Origin: Chiloscyllium plagiosum
Lineage: Eukaryota
DNA length: 43,609 bases
NCBI RefSeq assembly: GCF_004010195.1
Contig: NC_057719.1
Span: forward strand, 90,200,909-90,244,517
Direction: 5' to 3'
This document shows, piece by piece, positions 21,800 through 34,179 of this stretch. Position 1 is the stretch's first letter; each line of letters begins with the position of its first letter. Position numbers and translations under genes: made by a program. Below the pieces are notes generated by a model. It was not told where the DNA came from. It saw only the letters and a program-made list of their open reading frames with translations, and made no database searches.

Positions 21800-24180
21800 A
21801 AAGTACAAAGAAGATTACAGCACAGGAGCATGCCCTTTGGCCCTCTAAGCCTGCACCGATCCAGATCCTCGATCTAAACCTGCCACCTATTTTCTAAGGA
21901 TCTGTATCCCTCTGCTCCCTGCCCATTCATGTATCTGACTAGATACATCCTAAAGGCCGCTATCGTGCCCACCTCTACCACCTCCACTGGCAACATATTC
22001 CATGCTGAAGAACTTTCCACACATATCTCCCCTAAACTTTTCCCCTCTCACCTTGTTCTGTGACCCCTCGTAATTGAGTCCCCCAGTCTGGGAAAATGCT
22101 TTTTGCTATCCATCCAGTCTGTGCCTCTCAGGAATTTGTAGACCTCAATCAGGACCCCCTCAACCTCGGTCTTTTTAATGAAAATAATCCTAATCTACTC
22201 AACCTCTCCTCATAGCTCGCACCCTCCATCCCAGGCAACATCCTGGTGAACCTCCTCTGCATCCTCTCCAAAGCATCCACATCCTTTTGGTAACGTGGTG
22301 ACCAGAACTGTACGCAGTATTCCAAATGTGGCCAAACCAAAGTCCTATACAACTGTAACATGACCTGCCAACTCTGTACTCAATACCTCGTCCAATGAAG
22401 GAAAGCATGTTGTATGCCTTCTTGACCACTCTATTGACCTGCATTGCCACTGAACACCCAGATCTCTCTGTACATCAATTTTCCCCAGGACTTTTCCATT
22501 TACTGTATAGTTCGCTCTCGAATTGGACCTTCCAAAATGCATCACCTCGCATTTGCCCGGATTAGATTAGATATGCCAATTCTCTGCAAACTCCACACAG
22601 TCAGTCACCTGAGGCGGGAATTGAACCATGGTCTCTGGTGCTGTGAGGCAGCAGTGCTAACCACTGTGCCACCGTGCCGCCCACGAATGGATTGAACTCC
22701 ACCTGTCATTTCTCCACCCAACTCTCTAATCTATCTATATTCTGCTATATTCTCTGACAATCCCCTTCACCATCTGCTACTCCACCAATCTTAGTGTCAT
22801 CTGTAAACTACCTATACCTTCGTCCAGACCATTTATGTATATCACAAACAACAGTGGTCCCAGCACGGATCCCTGTGGAACACTACAGGTCACAGGTCTC
22901 CATTTTGAGAAACTCCCTTCCACTCTTACTCTGTCTCCCGTTGCCCAGCCAGTTCTCTATCCATCTAGCTAGTACACTCTGGACACCATACATTTTCCAT
23001 CAGGTGAACCTTATCAAACACCTTACTGAAGTCCACGTAAATGACTTACAGCCCTTCCCTCATCAATCAACTTTGTCACTTGCTCAAAGAATACTATTAG
23101 GTTTGTAAGACATGACCTTCCCTGCACTAAACCATGTTGCCTATCATTGATAAGCCCATCTTCTTCCAACTGAGGATAGATCCTATCCCTCAGTATCTTC
23201 TCCAGCAGCTTCCCTACCAGTGACGTCAGGCTCACCAGTTTATAACGACCTGGATTATCCCTGCTACCGTTCTTAAACAAGGGGACAACATCAGCAATTC
23301 TCCAGTCCTCCAGGACCTCACCCGTGTTCAAGGATGCTGCAAAGATATCTGTTAGGCCCTAGCTATTTCCTCTCTCGCTTCCCTCAGTAACCTAGGATAG
23401 ATCCCCTCAGGACCTGGGGACTTGTCCACCTTAATGCCTTTTAGGATACCCAACACCTCCTCCCTCCTTCTGCTGATTTGACCGAGAGTAATCAAACATC
23501 TATCCTTAACCTCAATATCCGCCATGTCCCTCTCCTCGGTAAATATGATGCAAAGTACTCATTAACAATCTCACCCATTTTCTCTGACTCCACACATAAC
23601 TTTCCTTTCTCTCATTACCTTCTTGCTCCTTATATGCAAATAAAAGGCTTTGGGATTTTCCTTAACCCTGTTTCCTTAAGATATTTCATGACCCCCTTTA
23701 GCCCCCTTAATTCCTTGTTTCAGACTGGTCCCACTTTCTCCGATATTTTTCCAAAGTTTTGCCTATCTTCAGTCACCTAGGCCTTATGTACGCTTCCTTT
23801 TTCCTCTTAGCTAGTCTCACAATTTCACCTGTCATCCATGATGCCCTAATCTTACCATTTCTATCCTCATTTTCACAGGGATATGTCTGTTCTGCACTCT
23901 AATCAATCTCTTTAAAAGCCTCCCATATATCAAATGTGGATTTACCCTCAAACAGCTGCTCCCAATCCACATTCCCTGGGTCCAGTTGAATTTTGCTATA
24001 ATTGTCCCTCCCCCAGTTTATCACTCTTCCAATAGGACCACTCTTGTCTTTTTCCATGAGTATTCTAAAACTTATGAAATTATGATCACTATTCCCAAAG
24101 TCTTCTCTGACTGAAACTTCAACCACCTGGCTGGCCTCATTACCCAACACCAGGTCCAATATGGCCCATTCCCTAACTGG
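21800..24180 (-). mobile_element. 5'-truncated CR1/HER1-like LINE, ~2.4 kb, frameshifted ORF2
   Basis: ORF pieces DLVLGNE...GNSDHN (endonuclease end), WRIADVVPLFK...VSLTS..GKLLEKI...GRSCLTNL (RT) and LYRTLVWPHLEYCVQFWSP. Confidence 0.93.
22561..22683 (-). mobile_element. Internally deleted HE1-like SINE nested in the LINE
   Basis: tRNA-like head joined almost directly to the TCTAATCTAAT tail; GGATT on both flanks. Confidence 0.85.
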
Positions 24181-24189
24181 ACTAATTCC

Positions 24190-24362
24190 ACCAGGTCAAA
24201 GTCCTGGAATTCCCTCCCTAAGGGCATTGTGGGTATACTTGCAGCACATGGACTGCAGCGGTTCAAGAAGGCAGCTCACCCCCACCCTCTCAAGGGGCAA
24301 CTAGGCACGGGAAGTAAACGCTGCTCCAACCAGCGACATCCTCATCCTGTGAGTGAGTAAAC
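24190..24362 (+). mobile_element. LINE 3'-end fragment
   Basis: tggaattccctccctaagggcattgtgggt...ggactgcagcggttcaagaaggcagctcacc; related sequence also at 4683-4745. Confidence 0.65.
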
Positions 24363-25650
24363 AAGAATGCAGTTGGTTTATAATGTGGATAAGATATTAA
24401 GGCGCATTGTTGCAAAAGACAATGTTTCTCCCCCTTCCTTGTGAGTTATCGATCACTAACTGTGCTATCCTGGCCAAACCAGTTCCAGGATTATTTTGCA
24501 AACTGTGGTGAATGGGTGGAATTGTAGAAAGCCAAACACATGCTTCAAATGAAGATAAAGGACACCTCTCTCACAATGACGTTCTTCAACAAGGCCATGT
24601 TAATGCTCTCTCTCCCTCCCTCTCGTATTGAGATCTTTGACCAAGCAAGGCACTAGAAATATCTGTTGTGTGAGCCATTATTCACCGGGTTGTCATCGGT
24701 AACCATTCACGTGATAATTGGGTGAGATTTGAACGTAGTGGTCCTTGCAGAAGCTCCTCATCAAGGATTGACATCAAACTGAGCAGTTACTCACCGCCTC
24801 ATTCTGAGCATGGGATAAGGCAGTGATTGGGTGTTGGGCGTTCCATCAGATCCATTTACAAATTTGACAAAAACCTCTCCTGCAGAAGGAAAGGTGAGGG
24901 GGTCACATTGGTGCCAGTCACAGGATGGGGATGGAGAAGCCAGTAGATTCAGGGATGTAACGTTGGAAGACAGAGACAGCAAAATAACACAGAAGATCCA
25001 AATAACAACTTCATGTCGCACCTTTAATGTAATGTAGGGCCTTTCACAGGAGCGTGACAAGGGATTTGAAGGAGGTCTGCGATGGGAGTAGTCTATAAGG
25101 TCCAGACTGTAGACGTTCATAGCAGCGACCAACATCCATTTGGTCTGAGTCTTTGGAATATTGGAAGGGAGGGCAGCTTACTCTGTACAGCTTAAAGAGA
25201 AACGACATGAATATAAAATGACCAGAATGTGATGTTGGCTGAGGAATGTATTAGCTGGAGCCTGGGGAACACTCCCCTGCCAAGTGTTCCTCCAAATAGT
25301 GCCAAGGGATATTCTCTATCTGAGAGGGTGGGGAAAGGGGAGTGTTTGACCCCCATTCAGAACTGCCAAGGATCTGTTTTGAGCTTTGACTGGGAGGGGT
25401 AGAGCATGTGAAAGATCTGGGAATGGCTGATTTATCCTGGAAACATCTAGCTGCTGGCCCGGAGAGGTTGATGTTTCTGGGCATCCGGAAACCCAGTGCA
25501 AGATCGGAGGAAGGGCCAGTGATTTTCTTTTACCGGCCCAGCGCCTGGCCAGCAGGCCTGACAAGGGGTTTTTTTTTCTCAGTGGGGTGGTGTGATTGTC
25601 GGAGGGTTTGATCCCGCCTAGCCTGGTGCTGACTGATGTTCCCTCCGCAG

Positions 25651-25801
25651 TGCTCCAAGAGCTGTCAGACGGGAAAGCGGAGACGCCAGGTCATCTGCTA
25701 TGACCAGGATCGCAAACATCAGGACCCGGAGAAATGTGACCCGCGTGCCTATCCCCGGGAGTTTGAGGATTGTAACAGCCAGCCTTGCTTCCTGCCCCAA
25801 A
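25651..25801 (+). CDS. PAPLN: Papilin exon, last TSP1 (CSKSCQTGKRRRQVICYDQDRKHQDPEKCDPRAYPREFEDCNSQPCFLPQ)
   Basis: ccctccgcag acceptor, A|gtgagt donor, phase 0 to 1; papilin-like CSKSC..G.RRRQVIC...CN.QPC.LPQ. Confidence 0.96.
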
Positions 25802-26328
25802 GTGAGTCAGTGCTGGTGAAATTATTCTTGCTCAGTTCTTATTGACCGCCTGTTGCTTTCTGAGGATTGTTCCTGTTCAACCTCAGATCCTTCCTCCCTT
25901 CTTTCTTTCCTTCTTCCCTTCCCTTCCCTTTCCTTCCTTCCTTCCTTTCCATTCTTTCTTGCTGTATGGGGAAGGAGTGCTACATTCTCCACCCGCCCCC
26001 CTGTTCCCGAAGTGGCTGCACTGGGACATATCCTGCAGTCAGGATAGGTGCTACAGCAATGCTGTCTTCATGATACCGGTCTGGGTGGGGGGGGGGATGG
26101 CGGGGTGGGGGAGGACAGGTGATGGAGGTGGTGGCAGAGGAGAGGGCGAGAGGGGTGTCAGGGGGCTAGGCAGGGAGAGCAGGAGTGGGAGTTAGGGTGG
26201 AGTTGGGTGGGGGGGGGTCAGAGGGTGAGAGGTCACTGGGCAAGGGGAGTTAACGTAGTCTCATTGTGGCAGCCCACCCTCACCGTCTCCTGATGCGTTC
26301 CTCGCGTCACTTTGTCTCCTTTCCTCAG

Positions 26329-26415
26329 AGGTGCCCAGCTTTCCAGATCCGACCGGATTTAACCCGGACGAGGACTTGTCGGCATTCCCGAACGCTGGAT
26401 CTCCTCTGTTTCCGG
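26329..26415 (+). CDS. PAPLN: Papilin linker exon (KVPSFPDPTGFNPDEDLSAFPNAGSPLFP)
   Basis: Strong pyrimidine tract plus cag, G|gtgagt donor, phase 1 to 1; VPS start resembles the residues following LPQ in human papilin. Confidence 0.85.
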
Positions 26416-26552
26416 GTGAGTCATTGTCTGCCCTGGGCCACTAACCAGAATCCCAGTGGAGCTGTCAGAGACTGGAGGGATGTCCGGTGGGAGACAGTTG
26501 GCTTCATCACCGGTGGGGTGAGAGACTGCATGGAGGTCTGTTCTCAAGGAGT

Positions 26553-27052
26553 NNNNNNNNNNNNNNNNNNNNNNNNNNNNNNNNNNNNNNNNNNNNNNNN
26601 NNNNNNNNNNNNNNNNNNNNNNNNNNNNNNNNNNNNNNNNNNNNNNNNNNNNNNNNNNNNNNNNNNNNNNNNNNNNNNNNNNNNNNNNNNNNNNNNNNNN
26701 NNNNNNNNNNNNNNNNNNNNNNNNNNNNNNNNNNNNNNNNNNNNNNNNNNNNNNNNNNNNNNNNNNNNNNNNNNNNNNNNNNNNNNNNNNNNNNNNNNNN
26801 NNNNNNNNNNNNNNNNNNNNNNNNNNNNNNNNNNNNNNNNNNNNNNNNNNNNNNNNNNNNNNNNNNNNNNNNNNNNNNNNNNNNNNNNNNNNNNNNNNNN
26901 NNNNNNNNNNNNNNNNNNNNNNNNNNNNNNNNNNNNNNNNNNNNNNNNNNNNNNNNNNNNNNNNNNNNNNNNNNNNNNNNNNNNNNNNNNNNNNNNNNNN
27001 NNNNNNNNNNNNNNNNNNNNNNNNNNNNNNNNNNNNNNNNNNNNNNNNNNNN
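26553..27052. other. Assembly gap (exactly 500 N), coinciding with the strand switch of the gene
   Basis: Run of N with a round length. Confidence 1.
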
Positions 27053-27821
27053 GGGAGGGTTATGAGTTGAAGAAAGGCTCTGGTTCCTTCGACTAAAGCT
27101 CATTGCAAGAAGGCAAAGGGAATGCTCCCTCACACTATTTCCCAAGTCACTGCTACGGCCTGAAGGGAAGTAATAAATAGAAGCTGTATTGCGAGGTACG
27201 ATTGCCCCTGGGCACCTGCATGGGGTGGGATGTGGGTAAAGTACATGCAGGTCAAGTGTGCCCTATATTTGCCGCCACACTATCCTCCCCCACTACCAGC
27301 CACCTGGAGGTGGGTTCCAGGCTAGAGGGGACAGATATAAACACAATTGGTAACAAGCCAAAACTGAACTATCACCACACCGTGTCCCCAGCCACATGGA
27401 GACCTTAACCCAATAAAGTCAGGCTAATCTGTGATAAAATGTCATGAAGTACAAGGGCCTATCATATTTGGTCTGCGTGTGTGAGACTTGCTCCACCCCC
27501 CTCGTTTTTGAGTGTTGGGTGATGGACTGCCACTGGTGATGGGCAAATTACTGCAACAATTCGCTATTGCCTTCTGCAGGCAGCTGACCAGAAAACTCCT
27601 GCCCACTACCTCTTGTTATCAGGTACGTTGTCAGTATGGTTATCAGGCTGACAATTAACTGGCTTGGCCACACTACAAACACACCGGCCACCCCCAACAA
27701 GTCCCGGTGTGAATTTTAAATCTGGAGCTGCGGGAATACTCCTTGCTGTGCTCCACTCCCCTCATGATGACACAAAACAAACATGCTAATTCTACAAAAT
27801 CAAATTGGAACCTACCCTCTG

Positions 27822-28003
27822 CAGGAGAAAGTGAGGGCTGCAGATGCTGGAGATCAGAGCTGGAAAAGCGCAGCAGGGTACAGGTCAGGAATGAGGAAAG
27901 TGTTTCCTCATTCCTGAAGAAGGGCTCATGCCTGAAACGTCGATTCTCCTGCTCCTTGGATGCTGCCTGACCTGCTGCACTTTTCCAGCAACACATTTTC
28001 AGC
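27822..28003. mobile_element. Palindromic Penelope-like (pLTR-derived) element with a hammerhead-like core
   Basis: Arms GCTGGAAAAGCGCAGCAGG / CCTGCTGCACTTTTCCAGC, central 15-bp inverted repeat, and CTGAAGA-A-GGGC-TCAT-GCCT-GAAA-CGTC. Confidence 0.7.
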
Positions 28004-28507
28004 ACCTCCCCTCTGCAGCCCAGTTACAAGTTCTGGGGTTCTACTGGAGCCAGGGAAGGAATTAATTAGTTCCATGCCACTGGTCCCCTGGCTTTCTGTG
28101 GTGTCACTGTATTTGTCTAGCAGTTTGAGAGATCAGCTTTGAACACCAGTTAGTGAAGACATTGACCCTGAGTAGCCATAACCTCACTGTTATCCTCCAT
28201 GAAAGACAGACTTTGGTAGACAGGTGTCCTGATCCTCACCATGGAATTGAGGCTCCCAACCCTCCACAGGTCCAAGTCAAAGGTCCCATTGCACTCTTTC
28301 AGGGAACAGAGCAATTTTAGTCGACAGGAACGAAAGATTTTCTGGTTGTTGTCATGATTGCTTTTTGGTGGGACCTTGTTTTGCAAAGATTATCCCTCGG
28401 GCTTCCTTCAGTATGACCCCTCTGAAGGACTTCATTCACTGTGTGTTGTGGCCTCACTTACTGAGAGTCTCTTTCTTTCAGTAAGTTAGGAGACTCTCAG
28501 TAAGTGA

Positions 28508-28757
28508 GGCGCGGTGGCTCAGTGACTGGAGTTTGTACATTTTCCCTATGTCTATGTGGGTTTCTTCTGGGTGATCCCGGTTTCCTCCCACAATCTAAAA
28601 ATGCAGAGGTTAGGGTGAATTGGCCACGCTAAATTGTCCATCGTGTTCAGGGATGTGTAGGCTAGGTGTGTTAGGCAAGGGAAATGTAGAGCAATAGGGT
28701 AGGGGAATGTGTCTGGGTGGGATGCCTTTCCGAGGGTTTCCACAGTGTAGATTCTAT
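28508..28757 (+). mobile_element. Degraded HE1-like SINE
   Basis: GCGGTGGCTCAGTG head, GGAGTTTGTACATT...GGTTTCCTCCCACAATC...GAATTGGCCACGCTAAATTG body. Confidence 0.8.
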
Positions 28758-29017
28758 GAAAGTCGCTACAGAAACGTCTACAAGGACACTCTCTCTCTCT
28801 CTCTATGTGTACTTATGGGAAAGTTAGCCTCAGTCTTTGGAGTGGGGCCCTCGGAGACCATGCCAATGCAAGTGGTGGGAGTCTGAGGGAGAAAGGCCTG
28901 GCCTGGCCTGGCCTTGCTCTGGATACAGCATTCTCACACAGTGACAACGCGAGCTTACAACTATCTCTCCGCACTTTGACCAGCCTTGGAAATGCAAAGT
29001 TGACTGTCGTTAAAAAC

Positions 29018-29296
29018 CTTTGACCTTAAGTTCCACCACCATCCTTTGCAGCTGTCCCGCGGTATTGTGGGCGACACAGACGTATTCCCCTGCGTCGCTG
29101 GGTGTTACTGAGGTAAAGCGTAAAGACTGGTCATCCAGCTGAGTGAGCCGGGGCTGTGCCTCCGGTCCAATGCGGGTACCATCTCTCTCCCAGAACATCT
29201 GGGATCTTGGCCATCCTTCAGCCAGGCATGGTAACTGGGCTGAGAAACCAACCTGGGCTTCGATCACAGACATGCTAGGCCAGACGTGAGCAGCAG
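29018..29296 (-). CDS. PAPLN: Papilin exon, complete Ig-like (I-set) domain (AAAHVWPSMSVIEAQVGFSAQLPCLAEGWP...W...DAGEYVCVAHN...LKVK)
   Basis: ccccatgtccag acceptor in phase 1 with the preceding exon; Ig C...W...D.G.Y.C; donor G|gttttt is weak, so the 3' boundary is uncertain. Confidence 0.82.
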
Positions 29297-30519
29297 CTGG
29301 ACATGGGGAAACAGCACAAGAGACAAATCAAAGACAGAAAGCCCGTCATTCCCATAGACACCTGGCTGAGATTGTCTAAAAGCATCGACCAAATCCTCAA
29401 ACATCATCTACCAGAGTTTCCAAACAAAACAAGAAGGGTACAAAACATTGATCTAAATAGTTTACAGTTAAAGGAGAGGGGCTCAGACAGTGAGGTTCTA
29501 GAATTCCACAGCATAGGAGGGGGCCATTCAGTCCAAAAACTCCTATCCCAAAGGAAGGGGTGCCAATTACCCAGGACACGTTCTCCCTTTCAAAGGCAGC
29601 AGTCCGAGTGTCACCACTTCCTCTTTCTAACTGAAGTACCCACCCTAGTATTACTGTAGCAACCTCATCGCTACCTTTTCAAAAAGCCCCGACATCTTTT
29701 CCAAAGTGTCACATCCAGAATGTTCCAGCTGAGGCCTAAACAGTGATTTGTGAAGCCTGACCATGACATTCTGGTCTTACAGTCAGAAAACAGACCCTCA
29801 ATCTGACTTGTCTGTGCCTACCAACGTTTCCAAACTAAACTAGTCCCATTTGCCTGTGCGGCCTCTAAACCCTTCCTATTTATGTTGTAACCTGCATCTA
29901 CCACTTTCTCTGATAAAGTCCCAGTCTCTCAATATAACTCCAATCCTCCAGTCCCAGTTACATCCTTGTAAATTTTTTCTGAACCCTCTCCAATTAAATT
30001 ATATTCTTCCTACAGCAGGTTCTGTTCCAAAGTTCAGTAACTCTATTTCATTAACTCTAACTTGAAAGACTTGAGAGGGACACTTAAAAAGGGGACAATG
30101 AGCAGACACCTTAAGATTACTCCATTCCCATATTGTTCCTTCTAACAGATATCACTGTTGGGCTCTGTCTGCCCATTTCACCGTTCTGTCTGAACTCCAC
30201 GAATGCAAGAGGGAAAGAACAGGTATCACTGGGTGGAATAACCGATGGCTAGTCCACCTGGGCTGAATGATGATGTTTGAGGTGGTCAGGGATTAGAAAC
30301 TCATTTGGAAAATGAAACCCAATTCCAGCCACCACCTCCACAAGGGAATACCAACATCAGAGCAGGGTAACAAATGCCAGCACCATACACACACACACAC
30401 AAACGCAGACAGACACACATACACACACACATACACACACACACAGGAGGCACATGCAAATAAGCAGGAATCGGTGTTTTATTTGCAGATTAAGAGTGAA
30501 ACAAGAGTGAGGAATCTGA

Positions 30520-30700
30520 AATAAAAGCCGGAGAATACTTGAGAAACTCAGCAGGTCTGGGCCACATCTGTATGGAAAGGAACAGAGTGAACAGGTGCAT
30601 AAGAAGTGTGATATTGGACTTGAAACATTATCTTCTGTGTTTTCTCTCTCTCAACAGATAATGCCAGAGCTACTGAGTTTCTCCAGTGCTTCATGTCTGC
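30520..30700. mobile_element. Old palindromic Penelope-like element
   Basis: GAGAAACTCAGCAGGTCTGG ... CCAGAGCTACTGAGTTTCTC degenerate inverted arms. Confidence 0.55.
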
Positions 30701-31199
30701 ATTTTATTTGATCGAGATGAGCCAGATCACCTTAGGTGAAGGACGATGACAGGCTGCAGTAATCTGGAAGAGTGGATGGGGAGCCCAATCAGAGAATATT
30801 GTTGTGAGCTGGCCTTGCTTTGGGAAGATTAATACAATCTCACTTTTTCACAATTGCCAAGTCTCGCTTACACTACATAGTCAGCTTTCGTGATGAGCAC
30901 AAGTTTGTACAAAACACAAGGGTTTTTTATTAAGGAAATGATGTGGTGGTAAGAGTCAAAGCTGCTCTGATTCACAATGGAGTGAATGAGAGCAGCTACA
31001 ATTTACAAAAGTGCAAATCAATATCAGTGCTGTTTTGGCAAAGTTTTCTTTTATTCACGAATTAGCATTCTGATTAGCATGACGGAAGCTACCTCGGAAT
31101 AGTCTGTACAGTCACTTGAACAATTTACATCAAATATCAGAGGGAGCGGGAAAGGACTGAAGCTATCAGCGTGTTTGGAAAAGACAGGAATGTCACAGC

Positions 31200-32335
31200 T
31201 GGAGCTGGGAATGCTGGAGTGCGTGCAATTTTGGAATCCATATTACAGGAGGGATGTGATAATGCAGAGGAGATTTACCTGGATGTCGCCTGGGTTAGAG
31301 AGTGTCCGTTATGAAGAGAGATTGGACAGACTGGGGTTGTTTTTCTTAGAGCTGAGGAGGTTGAGAGGGGACATGATTGAGATGTATAAAATTATAAGGG
31401 GCGGAGGTAGGGTAGACAGGAAAGACCAGGGGACACAAGGGACAGAAGGTATACAGGGAATGTGAGGACAAACCTTTTCACCCAGAGGGTGGAACTCACT
31501 ACCTGCCAGGGTGGTGGACCCTTATAACATTTATGAAATATTTAGATGTGCACTTGCGATACCAAGGCATACAAGGCCATGGGCTAAATGGTAGTAAATG
31601 GGATGAGAATAGTGAGGTGGGAATAGTGTAGACGTGATGGGCTGAAGGCTGTTCTTCTGTGCTGTAGATCAGTGTCCTTGGTGTGAAAGGATTTAAATAG
31701 TGGCATATAGGGAAGCGTGTATGTACAAAGGAACTGCCTGTCTTTGTACAGCAGGCAATGAAGTAGACAGGCAATTAGAATTACACTGGCCTTCTCTGTA
31801 ACAGTATGAGAGTTTGGATTCAGGGCTACCTTATTGCAGTTATACAGGGCCTTGGGGAGACCACATCTGGATTACTGCATACTGTTTGGGTCTCTGTACC
31901 CGAGAAAGGTGACAGAGGCAATGCAGTGGAGGTTCAGTCCACTAATACTAGGATGGCAGGACTGTGCTGAGAACAGATTGGTTTGACTGGGTTTGTATTT
32001 ACTAAAATTTCGAAGGACGAGAGGGGGAAGTGATCTGATTAGAACACACAAACCTCTAACAGGACTGAACAGATGCGATTCAGAAACGATGCTGCTTTCT
32101 CTGGTTGAGAAGTCTCGAACCAGCAGACACAGAGTCAGACTTTGGGCTAGGCCATTGAGGACTGAGATGAGAAATATTCACTCAGAAGGGTAATGAATCT
32201 GTGGAATTCTTGGCCACAGAAGCCTGTGGTGGCCAAGTCACTGGATACATTCAAGAAAGACATTCACGATGACCATGGCTGACCAGATGTATGGTAGAGT
32301 AGTCTCAAGGGAACAAACAGCCTACTGTTAGTTTC
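31200..32335 (+). mobile_element. Two adjacent CR1 LINE 3' fragments
   Basis: LECVQFWNPYYRRDV...YEERLDRLGLFFLE.RRLRGDMIE.YKI, then a second RPHLDYC-type fragment from ~31760. Confidence 0.85.
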
Positions 32336-32627
32336 TCTGAATAGTAGTGTACAAGAGAGTCAATTGGCGATTGTAGTGATACACCAACACCTTTACACAA
32401 CTGGTGTAACTGGAAGAATGTGGGGCCTGATCACCTGTACATTAATATCACAACACCCAGGGCCTCAGTTCTTTAAGGTTCAACGTTTGAGGTCAAATTT
32501 CCTGATAGACATGTCATGCGCACGCGCACATACACATATATGTGGTCAGACACACAGACATGTCATGTCATGCACACATACATACATGGGCAGACGTGGA
32601 GACACAATACCCATGGACAGACAGTAC

Positions 32628-32755
32628 CTTGAATGTTCAGCTGAACCGGACGGGACGCCTGACCGTGAGCGTTTGATGCTCGACACGTGTACAATCCGGC
32701 ATCTTGTTCCCGGACCCAGCTGATTTGCAATGATCCATCGGGCTGCTGTCTGTGT
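32628..32755 (-). CDS. PAPLN: Papilin exon, Ig domain C-half (HRQQPDGSLQISWVREQDAGLYTCRASNAHGQASRPVQLNIQ)
   Basis: tacag acceptor, G|gtactg donor, phase 2 to 1; papilin-like H..QPDGSL.I...D.G.YTC. Confidence 0.94.
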
Positions 32756-33064
32756 CTGTACGCAAGGAACAACAAGTTAGCAAGCCGGACCCAGCGGTTC
32801 AGCAGCAATGTCCCCCTGGTTAACAGCACGGTGCTGAGGGACAGCCAGATCGGCACTGTACGCCACTGTTCACAAGAGATGTCATTATCACAGGCTGCAG
32901 TGCAGGCCCCAACTGTCCTGGAACCAACATTTACCTCTCAACCAATATCCCTAAAATATCACCATATTTCTGGGATCTTGCTGTATGCTTCCCACATTCC
33001 AATAGTTTATTCTCCACAGTGCTTTGTTGCAAAATACTCCCCAATCAAGAAAGACAGTGCTGAG

Positions 33065-33465
33065 CTCGACGCACGGTGAGGATAGCAGAGCCAGGCTGGA
33101 TTCTTTTCAACTGGAGTTAGAAAAGTGAGGATGATTGAATTGAAGCATTTAAGATCTTGAATGGTTATATAACAAGGTGGACATGGAAAAGATGTTCAGA
33201 ACTCGAAAGCACTGTTTTAAAACTAGGGATTAAAAGTTCAGGCCAGAAATGAATTTCTTTTTCACCTGAGTATTGTGTGACTTCAGAAGGTGGTGGAGGT
33301 GGGGTCCTTGGATGTTTTTGCGACCGAGGCGGATAGGTTCGTGTTAGGCAGGGAACTGAGGATACATGGGAATGTGAAATCGGAAACACAAACAGATCAG
33401 CCATTGACCGGCAGAGAAGACCCGGGGGCGGGGGGCAAATGGCCCACTCCTTCTCCTGTTTTGTC
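33065..33465 (+). mobile_element. Degenerate CR1 LINE 3' fragment
   Basis: Decayed 3' ORF2 and UTR similar to other copies in the window. Confidence 0.6.
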
Positions 33466-33587
33466 ACCTGTCAGAGACAATGGCCACACGGGATAAGGCT
33501 GAGGACAACACTTGATCATTTGGCATGCTGAGCTCTAGGATGCGAGAAGGATCTGTTCACAGCTATCTTCGGAATAACTGAACTGAC

Positions 33588-33725
33588 CTTAGTGAAAAGG
33601 GCAGTCTCCCATCTTTGTACCACTCGATACGAGGAGTTGGAAATGCATCAACCCTACACAGCAACCTCACAGTTTGTCCTGGCCGGGCACTCACTGAAGA
33701 AGGATCCGACCTTTCGATACTTAAC
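33588..33725 (-). CDS. PAPLN: Papilin exon, Ig domain N-half (LSIERSDPSSVSARPGQTVRLLCRVDAFPTPRIEWYKDGRLPFSLR)
   Basis: ttttgtttcccag acceptor, AG|gtcagt donor, phase 2 to 2; absent from the ORF track, read manually. Confidence 0.94.
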
Positions 33726-34179
33726 CTGGGAAACAAAAGAACGTTTGTTCAGTCGGAAATTTATAACACAATCAAATCCTGTCAAATATGTCTTGATTGG
33801 AGGATTAATGGCTGGTGGTTCTGAAAGTTACACCAATCATTTGGCATTGACCCGCTGCTCTGGATTCAATGCAATATCACAATCTCCTGTACTGCTGGCT
33901 GTTGTGATATTTTATACAGTCCATGTGATATTCCCCATGCTTTTATTCATTTATGGGATATGGGAGTTGCTAACTGGGCCAGCATTTATTCTCCATTCGT
34001 CATTGCCCTCGAGAAGTTAAATAGTCCCACAAAGTCCAAATGGTGTTCAGTAAACATGGAGTGAGCTCAGTGTCTGCCATGAGGCTACACCTGTGATTTG
34101 CCAGTGCTGTGACTTTTCCAAACTCTCGGCTACATTGGAAGATTACAACCAACATATCCACTAGCTCTGCAGTTGTTTG

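Noticed and set aside
1132..26415. An ADAMTS protease or another ADAMTSL gene
   Set aside because: No metalloprotease exon is in view and the peptides (NCIP.GENFYY, KNVRGEYYLNGHWTI, TRLVFCTID.EAYPD) are characteristic of papilin.
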